A stretch of DNA of 63,419 bases, the filler included, from Reticulomyxa filosa (Eukaryota; Protista; Foraminifera): the NCBI GenBank assembly GCA_000512085.1. It is 19 parts of 19 records of this genome, joined end to end, with 100 filler letters (N's around TTAATTAATTAA, not from the genome) between each part and the next. Parts side by side here need not be neighbours in the genome. Positions count along the whole stretch, not along the records: positions 21,536 to 27,021 come from ASPP01004466.1; positions 27,122 to 28,709 come from ASPP01029327.1; positions 28,810 to 30,446 come from ASPP01010361.1; positions 30,547 to 33,909 come from ASPP01023145.1; positions 34,010 to 35,935 come from ASPP01005721.1; positions 36,036 to 48,433 come from ASPP01022870.1; 13 more parts are not named here. One strand, 5' to 3'. This document shows positions 25,583 to 36,968 of this stretch, piece after piece (position 1 is the first letter of the stretch; each line of letters begins with the position of its first letter). Under the pieces are notes generated by a model. That model ran no database searches and was not told the DNA's origin. It saw only the letters and a program-made list of their open reading frames with translations. A program made the translations under genes and the position numbers.

Positions 25583-26755
25583 ATGGGTAATCAAACCACA
25601 ATACAAAAACCTCCTGAACATCTTATTACCAACTTTCAAGCTTTGAAGGAGTTGCCTTCTTCACTTGACCAAACTCAATGTGTGATACACAAACACGAGA
25701 TCCTCATTTGTGGAGGTCAATTTAAAAGAGCTTGTTATTCTTATCATATACTCAAAGACGAATACAAGTTTATCTGCGAGTATTCACCCAATATCGAATT
25801 AAAAGGGCACTGCGTAGTGAAATTAACAGGTAGTAACGGCAAATACAGCAATCAAATCACTTTATTGTCTTTTGGTGGATGGGATAAACATTCATTGATG
25901 ATGAATTATGTAAGTGTTTGGAGTAAAATATCAACATTAAGGAAACCAAAAAATAGCAATGAATGGATTCCCCTCGTAGGCAGTTGCATTTTTTCACAGA
26001 TCATTGGAATAGGTAATGATTATGGAGGAGTCCGTGCAGTGATTGGTGGAAGAAGCAATCATTTGTTATTTATCACTCATTATCCAAATAATATTAGTGT
26101 GTTTGATTTGAATACATTTCAATTTATTAAAAATGATACTTTACCAACTAATAATTTTATTACTTATCATTGCTTTGTATCAAATTCAGAAAATGGGCAA
26201 GGACAAGAAATAATGAAAACAAATGAAGAAAAAAATAAACAAAATTATCAAATGCTGTTGTTTTGTTTCAACACAGGATTATCAATTGAATATGATGAAG
26301 ATAATAACATTTTTCAATTTTATAAACTATCTGTTTGTGATGATATTGCACCATTCTATAAATATGCATATGTATGTATCAATGATGTAATCTTTTTCTT
26401 TGGTGGATGGAATGGTAAATTCAATGATAAGCGCATTATTTCAAAATCAGTGTATAAGTATTCAATTCGAGAAAACAAATGGATGATATTTCAAGACGTT
26501 TTGCCCAGTCTATTATATAATTGTACTGCAATATTGAATGAAGAAGACAATGATATACACATCATTGGAGGAGTAGATAGTAGAACTGAACCAATATCAA
26601 CTCACATAAAGACTAAAGTGAGTCAATGGAATCCATCATGGTTGATGATTGTTATTCATTATTGGACTCGAATTTTAAAGATAAAATTAGGATGGATTGA
26701 TGAATTGGATAAACTTGTTATCAATTACATTATAAATGCTAGTTTTTTCACCTAA
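25583..26755 (+). CDS. Kelch-like beta-propeller protein (lineage-expanded family), intronless
   Basis: MGNQTT start; GG-bearing blades (ILICGG, LLSFGG, AVIGG, FFFGG, HIIGG) with Y..W motifs; C-terminal HYWTRILKIKLGWIDELDK module. Confidence 0.85.
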   Translation: MGNQTTIQKPPEHLITNFQALKELPSSLDQTQCVIHKHEILICGGQFKRACYSYHILKDEYKFICEYSPNIELKGHCVVKLTGSNGKYSNQITLLSFGGWDKHSLMMNYVSVWSKISTLRKPKNSNEWIPLVGSCIFSQIIGIGNDYGGVRAVIGGRSNHLLFITHYPNNISVFDLNTFQFIKNDTLPTNNFITYHCFVSNSENGQGQEIMKTNEEKNKQNYQMLLFCFNTGLSIEYDEDNNIFQFYKLSVCDDIAPFYKYAYVCINDVIFFFGGWNGKFNDKRIISKSVYKYSIRENKWMIFQDVLPSLLYNCTAILNEEDNDIHIIGGVDSRTEPISTHIKTKVSQWNPSWLMIVIHYWTRILKIKLGWIDELDKLVINYIINASFFT

Positions 26756-27289
26756 CGAATTAACATAACTTATTTTATCATTTTTTTTTTGTTCGTAGAA
26801 CATTTTGTAAATTTGCTACATTTAAATATGTTCATTTTAAATATCTCAGAATTTTGCATGATATACTTTGCTTTCTTTTATGTCAATTCAACCAAAAATT
26901 GTTTGCTAAAAGTTTTAAAGCAAAGTTTGCATGATATTAAAATCAAATTTTTTTTAAAGGCAATTCTACAAGATCATTATACAGTAGGTTACAAAGAAAA
27001 CTGAACGCCTAAAACGATATCNNNNNNNNNNNNNNNNNNNNNNNNNNNNNNNNNNNNNNNNNNNNTTAATTAATTAANNNNNNNNNNNNNNNNNNNNNNN
27101 NNNNNNNNNNNNNNNNNNNNNATTTCTGCAATCATATCACGGTTTTTCAAGTCGTAATGGATTTTGTTTTTCCACACATCGCAAACAAATAAATCATCCA
27201 TTTGTCACATTAAATTGATTTATGATGACTTTCTTTAACATTGTCACATCTGCAACTTTGAGCATCTTTTACAAACACAGAAGGAAATG

Positions 27290-28709
27290 TATTCATATTG
27301 TATTTACACAATAACTGATATCGTAAACAGTGGATAGAGCATTATGACCATTTCAAATCCAAGTGAACTCAAAGAAGCGCACAAGAACATGTACGGATCA
27401 AATGTAATGGACATGTGATTTATGTTGACAAGTTCATAATGATCGACACATTTCTTTTTAAATAAGTGCGCCATGCTTCTTCAGCGGCAACCACTTTGTC
27501 AGGACGAACCATTTGATTCTACTGATTCTGTTCCTGAATTCTGTTGGATCTGATTTAAATCTTCATGTAATCCATCTAATAAAAAACGACAGGGAAAATA
27601 TATATGCATATATTAAAAATTTCTTTCAAGTATTTTTTTAAAAATACATATATACACGTTACACACATGCACATGTACACACATATCGGTGCAACTTCTC
27701 CAATAACAGCTTTAAAATCCCTTGGAGCTAAGACTTTATATTCATTGCTGAATATATCTTTCAAGAGCTGAGACCATGCTTGGTCAACTTTTCCTTTCCA
27801 TCCAATGGATTGTTTTTGTTGATATAATGGACAAAATCACCATTTAGAAAATAATTGGTCAAATAAGGGGATTGAATGGTGGAGTTCATAAAATAAGTAT
27901 TCCCCAAAATTACAAAGTCCGATGACTCCTTTTTATTTCAGTTTTCCTTTTTCATATCATTCTCGAAACCAAGATGATTCTCCCGAATAGTCATTCCCCG
28001 TTGCCGCCGATACGATTTCCTTTTCGGATGAGTATGTCTAAATGTGGATCCATTCATCCCAACGCTCCGTCCATCCAATAAAATGCACCGCCGCTTTCCT
28101 TGCATTTGGACTCCCTTCAGGAGCGACCACACGAATGTATGCCTTTGTTACAACACATAAACATGCACTATGATTCAAAAAAAAAAAAATTGAATAATAT
28201 ATAAATATCATAAATGTATGTATATATAACTTGAGCGTCCAGAATATCTCCAGGTTGAAAATTTTTTCAATTGATCTGGTCCTTTGATCAATGGCCATGG
28301 AAAAGATGATTGTGCTTTCTTGTCTCTTTCGACGAGGATTATGAGGTCTTTGGGTAAGGAGACATCGATTAAGCTAGTCTTCAAATGGTCATCAGGAATC
28401 TCCACGTACTTTTAAGGATCTTGCGTCTTCAAATTGTCGGCTGTTACTTGGACACCTCGCCCGATCGATACGGGATAAATCACTTTCACATGCTCAAAGA
28501 GCAACCACAAGTGAACCACAGGCTCTTTCTTTTCTTTATTTTCCTTACTTTCATTCAATTTGCTCACCACCTTCAACCATGTCGCTTGTTCCGGAAATGT
28601 CTCAATTTTCACCTTCATACTACGTACGCAGTAGATTCCATTGGTCAGCATGCAGCCATTCATGCGTCAACTCTTTCTTCAATTGCAAAGAGGTCTTCTG
28701 CGTCAACGA
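27290..28709 (-). pseudogene. Ubiquitin-specific protease (USP4/15-like, peptidase C19) pseudogene with upstream chromo-barrel/Tudor-like module
   Basis: Cys box reads GL-C-N-[frameshift]-LGNTYFMNSTIQ (catalytic Cys replaced by Tyr); APRDFKAVIGEVAP, DGLHEDLN and SITFDPYMFL are present; VHFIGWTERWDEWI lies upstream; many indels. Confidence 0.8.
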
Positions 28710-28809
28710 NNNNNNNNNNNNNNNNNNNNNNNNNNNNNNNNNNNNNNNNNNNNTTAATTAATTAANNNNNNNNNNNNNNNNNNNNNNNNNNNNNNNNNNN
28801 NNNNNNNNN

Positions 28810-29658
28810 GGTACGCGGGGCAATGTGATCGCGGTGCGGGAAGCAGATATAGATGGAACGCTCCATCGACACGTAGTCGGTCAGCACTGCCTGCAGGCGA
28901 CCGGCGCGAACGTCGGCCAGCACTTCGTGGCCCGGCAATTGCGCCACGCCCAGGCCCAGGCGGGCCATTTCCACTACCGAATCCACGTCATTGACGGTGT
29001 AGGTACCGGTCACTTCCAGCGGAATGCGCTCGCCATTGCGTTCGAATTCCCACTTGTACAGCCGGCCGGAGGTGGGGAACTGGAAGTTGATACAGTCGTG
29101 CGCCGACAGCTCTTCCGGGCTACGCGGCTTGCCGTGTTCGGCCCAGTAGGCCGGCGATGCCACCACGTACTGCGGAATGTGCGCCAGGTGACGCGCCACC
29201 ATACGGCTGTCCGGCATCATGCCGACGCGCACGCCCACGTCGTAACCATCTTCGATCAGGTCGCTGAAATGATCGTCCATACCAAAGAACACTCGGATCT
29301 TCGGATAACGCTGGCAGAATTCTTCCATCAGCGGCAGGATGAAGCGTCGACCGAAAGCATTAGGCAAACTGATGCGCAGATGACCGGCAGGCTCGTCACG
29401 GCTGGCCTTCAGCTGATTGATGGCAGAGTCCAGGTTATTGACCGGGCCGCGGCACTGCGCGTAGAAGCGGCGGCCGTCTTCGGTCAGCGTCAGCTGGCGG
29501 GTGGTGCGGTTGAACAGGCGCACTTCCAGCTCCTGCTCCAATCGCGCAATGCTCTGGCTGACGGCAGCAGGCGAGACGCCCAGCTTGCGAGCGGCATCGG
29601 AAAAGCTGCCATTCTCGGCAGTGGTCATGAAGACCATAAGCGCTTTTAATGTATCCAT
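28810..29658 (-). CDS. Bacterial LysR-family transcriptional regulator (CrgA/DmlR-like), 3' truncated
   Basis: HTH motif GSFSDAARKLGVSPAAVSQSIARLEQELEVRLFNRTTRQLTLTEDG; PAGHLRIS, DLIEDGYDVGVR, VASPAY, GLGVAQLP; high GC, no introns. Confidence 0.97.
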
Positions 29659-30065
29659 CGGGCTATCTCGCAAATGACATATTCAGGGCGGCAAATGCCA
29701 CCCGATTTGAAAATGTTGCCAGTATAAAGTTCGGCAAAATTGACACTATCGCTGACAAATAATAGGACAAAATCAGATTCACTTAAAGATATTTTCGACT
29801 TTCCTGTCAAATGACGGTTTACCACGCCGCATCGCAACAAACTACCCGCCGTTCAGCCAGTTGGCACCGTCCTATCAGCCAGTTTGCAACCTGATGCAGA
29901 TTTGCAACAGCCAGGCACAGCGCAAAGCCTGATTTCGTGTTACCGCAATACCGCACCAGATAGCAGCCATGCATTTTACTCATGCCAAAAGCAAGAAATG
30001 TTGGGTTGCCCTGCCCCCTTGGTTAAGATAGCCCCTCAACACAAAAAACATACAAGGGGAACAGT
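29659..30065. promoter_or_regulatory. Divergent bacterial promoter region between the LysR gene and its likely target
   Basis: AT-richer intergenic region between divergent ORFs; Shine-Dalgarno-like AGGGGA at about 30055-30060 before ATG 30066. Confidence 0.55.
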
Positions 30066-30446
30066 ATGTCGAAAGGTATTCCTTTTGCGTCTGGCTCAAT
30101 CTCCGCGGGTCTGTCACACGCTCAACTCAGCCAGTTGCTGGAATGGATCCACGGCCTGCCGCAAATGGCAGACGAGAGAGAAATGCACACTTTCCTGCAG
30201 GCGCTTGGCAAGGAAGCCGAGGTATCAGCCCTGTGGATTATTCATGGTCAGGCCACACCGCAAGGCTGGCATGCCAGCCCGCGCAGCTTCGGTCAGCCGG
30301 CAGCCTGCCACAGCCACGACTGGCAGCGCCTGCCGGACGATATCGGCCAGCAGGTGCAATTCAGCTGGTTGCCCCACACCAGCCCGGCAACCGCCTGCTT
30401 TGCGCTGCAACGCGACGGCTTTGCCACGCTGCTGTACGTACAACCG
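30066..30446 (+). CDS. Bacterial protein, N-terminal fragment (unknown; possibly a sensory/regulatory N-terminus)
   Basis: ATG with RBS, GC-rich codon usage, open to the contig end. Confidence 0.7.
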
Positions 30447-30789
30447 NNNNNNNNNNNNNNNNNNNNNNNNNNNNNNNNNNNNNNNNNNNNTTAATTAATT
30501 AANNNNNNNNNNNNNNNNNNNNNNNNNNNNNNNNNNNNNNNNNNNNTTTGATTTACGACAATGTTCGATGGATCTGCAAATGTGAATATATGATTATTTT
30601 TTTTTGGTTCATTACGACACATTGCAATTCTTTGTATTCGTTCCAATCGTTTCTTATGATGTCTGCTGCACCATTCCAAAATGCTTTTTTTTTTAGATGG
30701 GTCAAGCGTCTGACTACTCTTGCTTCTCTCTATCTGCACAAACTCAGGTCTTTCTAGATAAGAAATAGAACACAGTACTCAAAAAAGAA

Positions 30790-33600
30790 CATAAAACAAA
30801 AGAAAGACAACACCTTACAACGACCAAAAGGTCAATGCAAAAATAATTAAAAGAAAAACAATAAAGTTATTCCCTGCCTTGACAGCTTTAATTCTAATGT
30901 CTGGTTTCCATGCTCGGTCTCCAACAATGAAATATTTCATCGATAGGAACAATATATTAATATTTGGAAGAAATATCTAGACATTTGTCCACCAACTGCG
31001 ACGTAATTCTTGACACCGCAAACAATCCATCAGGAAATGCTCGACAGTCTCTTCTTCTTCACACCAAAACAATCAGGAGAATCTGATCTTTCGATGTTGT
31101 ATAAATAATCATTCAGTCCAACTTTGCCAGTAATCAACCGACAAATGATTCTGCGTTCACTAAATGTCAATGAACGCATAACAATCTTCTCAAAAGATTG
31201 AGCTTAGATAAAAAATATCGTGGCATTACATGTCTTGGATTACCCACTCCTTTGCATATCCAATGTCTGTGAAATAGGGATTTAATCCATGATTATTCAG
31301 TAATGCCGCTGGTCTATGTTGTGGGATCAGACCAGGAATTCCAGAATGATTAAATAAAGGATTGCAATGTGCCGCATTACTTATGACACAGTCAATGTTA
31401 TTTCTCAACTTCCTCCGCTTGTAATTCAAGATCCAAGTATCCAATCAATGGAATTACGAAGCAATGAGACTTGCATTGAAGTATGTCGGTGATCATTACA
31501 GATTCCATAGTGGACTGATTGCAAGTTCGTGATCAATGCATTATTCAACAAATGTGATTCCGACGTCTATAAAGTGCCAATTATGGATTGGTATCCGCTG
31601 TACCATTCCAAAATGCCGAAGCATGCTCAGGACTTGGACGAATGATGGTCTTGTATAATAAATTATATTTGGATAGACATAATTGACATGCTTGGAATAA
31701 GTCATATGAGAATCAAGATACTTCACATGGTCACATTCCCTCAAATTGGAATGCTGCAATGTCAATTGCATCTTTGGGAATATCTTCTTGTTCTGGTGTC
31801 TGAATGTCCAAGATTCGACAGCTTTATCCAATGCTCTGTATTGTCCAATACAATAGATTGCATCCAATTGTCAATATTTTTCAATCTCAATCTAAATTGT
31901 TCCCATTTGTTGCTTCTCAGTCTCAATCTTTTGTTGTTCAATTCGTGGTGATGACCACGTGGTTTTGATATTGAACGTCTGCATAAACGGTCAATATCTG
32001 CAATGCACATCCAATTCAACATCATCTGTTCTCCAATTGCTAACAAATGGAAGAATATATGATGTGCATAATGTAATATCAATGCTTGGTGTTGCGTACA
32101 ATTAAATGGTAATGTGTTAATAATATTTAATCCATTGGACACAATGAAATCGAGAATACAATCACCAACGTCGTCGGTATTATGATCCAACCATGCAGGA
32201 TGATGCGCATTCCAATCTCCTCCAATGATTATGTGTTCACTTATTTTCATAGCATGATGTAATTTCTTGCTCAAATGCTTGAATGTTAGACTGCTTGCAT
32301 TGCAAATTTCGATCAAATACATTAAATGTATCAGGCATAATATTAAATGATCGTGAAATGGAATGTAAATTTCTTCGACATAACACTCCAGATCTTCCTG
32401 TCTCACTCCAATGACGAACATAAAGATGCTGGAAATTATAATCAATGTCCTTCTTCTTCGATCGAAAACCTTCTTAACTTCATCTCTTGATCTGTTTCCA
32501 ACTCCCATGATTGCACGAGTGTCGTGATTTCACGTTTCAATGACGAGATTTCATCAATTTCATATTGCACAGAATCACTTGGATGACCTTTCTTGCACAA
32601 TACACATCGATGTCGACTTGGATCATTCTTGTGTCGATATTTCGATGCTTCGTGGTTTTTCAGACCACAATGCTTGCAAATCTTTCTCTTCTGTGGGCAT
32701 TCTTTAGCAATGTGGTTCAATTTATAACAATTTCGACATTGCTTGAAGTGATGCTGGGTCTTGATCTATTTTTATCAAATATAACTGCTTGTGCCATTGA
32801 GTTGGCATTTTGTTGAACCTTTTCACTGTTCAACTGAATATCCATATTCTTCCAACGTCTCTTTGATCTCCTGCTCACTTTCTTGCACGGGAACATTCTT
32901 CAATAACACAATCTTATTCAATTCAGGATTGTATATCTCTTGTTGCTTACGTTTTTTAATTTCATCAACGTAATTTCGTCGATATATTTGACATCTGATC
33001 TGTCGCTTGGTTTTCTTGACTTGCTCTTCGGACTTTTCATCCCCATTGAAAGCGATTGTCTGTTATTGAACGTTTTGCATAATTGCCGCAATTATTGAGC
33101 ATTTACATTGACAGCAAAATGGACGTACATTGTTTTGAGATTTACAGAGAATGTATGTGCAATAACATTTCTTGACAATTGATTATTGTTCTTCAAGCCA
33201 AGAAACTTAAGTACCGATGTCGCTGACTTAAGATCTTTGGCTTGAATTGGTGTGATCACCAATGTTGGTGATGATGAATATCATCATTTTCTGGCAATTT
33301 CCGTTTCTTTGCCCTGTTTGGATGCCATCAATATCCATTGCTGATTGTCGTTGTTGCGATAATGGAATACCTGAATTGCCAATACCAGAATGTCCAAATA
33401 ACTGATTCAACATATCCGATTTCATCCAAATTTCCCATTTGGAATCTTGAAATCTTTTTTTTTTTAGCCAGAATGAGATCTTATCCTAGTTAAAAAAAAA
33501 TGAGCACCTCGTCCCAAAAGGACGCAGTATTCTAAGAAAAACAAAATAAAGGAAAAGATCCACAAAAAATTTTCAGACTCACACACAATCGACAACAATA
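30790..33600 (-). mobile_element. Decayed non-LTR retrotransposon (gag-like ORF1 + APE endonuclease/RT ORF2)
   Basis: ORF1 zinc knuckles (C-xx-C...NHIAKEC, CKHCGLKNH, CVLCKKGHPSDS); APE motif IIIGGDWNAHHPAW and GDCILDFIVSNGLNIIN; RT thumb remnant VKYL-DSHMTYSKHVNYV; C-terminal RLITGKVGLN...SPDC...ETVEHFLMDC; many frameshifts and deletions. Confidence 0.88.
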
Positions 33601-34491
33601 AGTGAAAAAAAATTAAATTTCAAGTTTTAATTAAACTTCAAAATATCAAAAAAAACAAATTAAATCTCAAAGGTTGAATGTCGAGATCAATCAACAGTTG
33701 TGAAAACAATTTTGGCTCTTCATGTGAAGTGTCAGGGGGAATTACATGAGCAAAGTTAATGCTCAACCGAATCCTCTGAGCCTTTGTTTTCGAAGCGTTG
33801 AAGTCTCATAAAATATTGAGATTCAATCCACTTCTTTTAACAAATTAAAGCACCAAAACAAAAATAATAAATTAAAACACTTATAGCAATCAAAAAGTAT
33901 GTGAATATTNNNNNNNNNNNNNNNNNNNNNNNNNNNNNNNNNNNNNNNNNNNNTTAATTAATTAANNNNNNNNNNNNNNNNNNNNNNNNNNNNNNNNNNN
34001 NNNNNNNNNTTTTTTTTTTTTTGATGGTTCAAACGATTCCAAGACAACATAAAATTTTTGTGTAATACTACCGGTTCTTTTGGAATTGCCTTGACAGTGT
34101 TTTTTTCTTCTCCCAATTTGTTGTTTTCTGCTTTTTTTTTTTTAAATGATTAGTTTTTTGATTGGCTTCTTTTTTTTCTCAATTTATTTGTTCGTTTGTT
34201 CATTTTTGGATCTTTGGGACTGAAAAATGGGACAATTGTTTTGTCTGTGCGAGTTTTGTCATTTGTGGTTTGATATATCCATTATTTTCTTCAAAAACAA
34301 CTTGGTGTTGTTTTCTGCCGACATCATTCCTGAAACTTATTTCATTTATTATTTTTTTGCATACAGAAATGGATTCAAAAACAACATAATTGAGCATAAC
34401 GTGCTATCATCTTCCAACACAAAGTGAACTTAGAGTTGTTTAATGTAGGCTTCCCCTCTTCAAAAAAAAAAAACATAATCAATCCCGAAGA

Positions 34492-35447
34492 ATGCTGCAA
34501 AAATTTCTCGATTCCAAATTGTTTGACCATAACTGGCGTCGTTTATCGACTATTGTTAAGCCGGAAGAACTGGGAAAGCGGCTTTTGAACTACTGGTCAG
34601 AGAGTTTGCGTTGCATTTTTATTTTTTTTTCTTCCTCTGTGGTAGTCCTTATTATTGTAAATTTTCCAAAAAGATACCTTCCAATGTAAACAGTGGTGTA
34701 ATCTTACAAAAAAAAAAGTTGTAAAAGTAAGTGACATTGAGGACAAACCTCTCCACTGGAGAGAGGGGGCAAAAACAAAAGGTCTCTTGTGGCGTCTGTC
34801 GGTGGGATGATCTCTGGATTTACGTACGTGGTGAGCAATTCTGAAGTTCAAATACCAGCCAGTAGTAAACTGGGTGGTGTGAAACGTCAAGACATATTTG
34901 CAATATTGGTATCTCTGGGATTTTTGAGTGCATTGTCCAGCACCATTGCAAGGTAATTTTTTTTTTTTTTTTGGAATAGTAATAATAATAATAATAACAA
35001 TATAATAAAAAGAAAAGTGCTATATTTACGATACAACACAAAACAAAACAACAAAATATGCTTGTACATATATGAAGTGCAATATTGTGGGGTAATTTAA
35101 ATATGGTCGGAAAAGAACACTCAAAGTGGTTTTTGGAAAGATATCCTACATTCTTTATCCGATTGCCTTTAAACTTTTTGATATTTAGTTTGATGGTTAT
35201 GTTGGGATCATTGTTAACCACGATCGATGCATTGTATTCGCGGAAGGTATTTTGGATCATATTGGTTGCTGGATTGATTACTATCATATCTGTTTACGTG
35301 TTGTATTACTCGTTGTACATAAAAGTTACGAAAAGGGTCCAAGATTTGTGCAGTCAGGCAGCAACACAAAATGAGTTGGTCACAATCCCCACCAAAACTA
35401 GTGGCAATTACAAAGAACAAGTCCCACAAACTGAGCAAGAAGACTGA
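34492..35447 (+). CDS. Four-TM membrane protein (PGG/Orai-like topology), 3 exons
   Basis: Exons 34492-34595, 34782-34952 and 35078-35447 splice in frame; four hydrophobic segments, TM1 = SLVASVGGMISGFTYVV. Confidence 0.65.
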
Positions 35448-36035
35448 TCTTTTTGTTTTATTTTGTTTTGTTTTCAACAATTTTTGTTCCGGCTTACTTG
35501 TATATCCTTCTATCTGTTCTTTTTGCCACTCTGTTGCTCTGTGGCAGTCGATACGTAATAGACCCGAATCGTTTCTGTTTTTTGTTTTTTTTTGTTTCCC
35601 TTTTGTTCAAAACATTATTAGAAGGTATCTTTTGTCAAAAAAGCGCGGCTAAAATTTCCGTTTTGTAAACTAAATTTTTTTTAACATCGAGCAAGAAAAA
35701 AGAGCAATCTCGATTGGCGTTTGTAGTGTGACAGGATCGGAGCATGTTGGACGCATACCCTTTTTTTTTTTTAAAAAAGCCACTTCCATAAAAAAGATGA
35801 AAAAACCGCAAAAAAAAAAAAAAAGGCACTCGTTTGATTTTTAATGTCAAAGACACCACACACACACCCAAATCACATGTTGTAAATTTTACAAGTCAAA
35901 AAGGTGGACATATTGCAGTAGGAAAAAAAAAAAAANNNNNNNNNNNNNNNNNNNNNNNNNNNNNNNNNNNNNNNNNNNNTTAATTAATTAANNNNNNNNN
36001 NNNNNNNNNNNNNNNNNNNNNNNNNNNNNNNNNNN

Positions 36036-36388
36036 AACAACAACAACAACAATATAATAAATTAATTCCTAATTCAATGTTATTTAAAATCGTATATCAA
36101 ATGAGATTTGATTTATCAACTCCTATTTGGTGTGTTTTGATACAACACTTATTGGCCAATGCACATTCTTCCAATGATCCTTTTCTTCTTCCTTCAATTG
36201 CAACATATCAAGAAATTATTATTTCTCATTTAAAATCATTTGCACATTCGACTCATCTGGCTCCTGTTATACACACTATTTCCTCTTTGTTTGATCGTCT
36301 TGCACATACTCCGACTCAAACTTCATCATCTCCTAATAAAAAAAGAAAATTAAATGATGGAACCTCGATTACAATTTCTTTTACATAA
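36036..36388 (+). CDS. 3' fragment of an unknown protein with NLS-like PNKKRKL
   Basis: Open frame from the contig edge to a stop at 36388. Confidence 0.4.
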
Positions 36389-36968
36389 ACTTCTTTTCTT
36401 ATTAACAGTATTATCTTGAAATTCATTTCTTTGAGAAAAGTATGATTTTAATTTTTTATTGAATCCTTACTAATTGTTTGAAAAATTTAAATCTTTTTTG
36501 ACAAGAATTTTCATTTTATAAAAAATTGCTTAACTTTTGAAAATTTTTGATTTATTGATTTTTAAGCAGTATTTCTCGTTTATTATTGATAGTAGCGCTT
36601 GAGCAAAGATAGATTTAAAAATAAGTAATTTTTAAATTACAAGCCGAAAAATTGACACAATGGCAAAAAAAAATTAGATTAAAAAATTTTCATTTAAATT
36701 ATGTCATTCTTAACATAAAAATTACTTTGCAGTCATTTATTTTTGTTTTTTTTAGCTCTATTAATGATTTTATTTTTACAGAATTGTTATCGATAATATT
36801 TTTATAATATCTCTTCGGTTTCATTATAAATAACATTGCTAAAGGACGATCACTTAAAGCAGCCATGTATGACTTTTCTCGTTGTAAAAAAAAATTTCAA
36901 TTTTCGTCAAAAAGTTTGGCTAGTTTTCATCTTCATTGATCTCAAGAGACAATAAAAGGAGTTAAAGA

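Noticed and set aside
28825-29649. 274-aa plus-strand ORF
   Set aside because: Antisense shadow of the GC-rich LysR gene
28810-30446. LysR locus as horizontal transfer into the host
   Set aside because: No host sequence on the same contig; contamination is the simpler explanation
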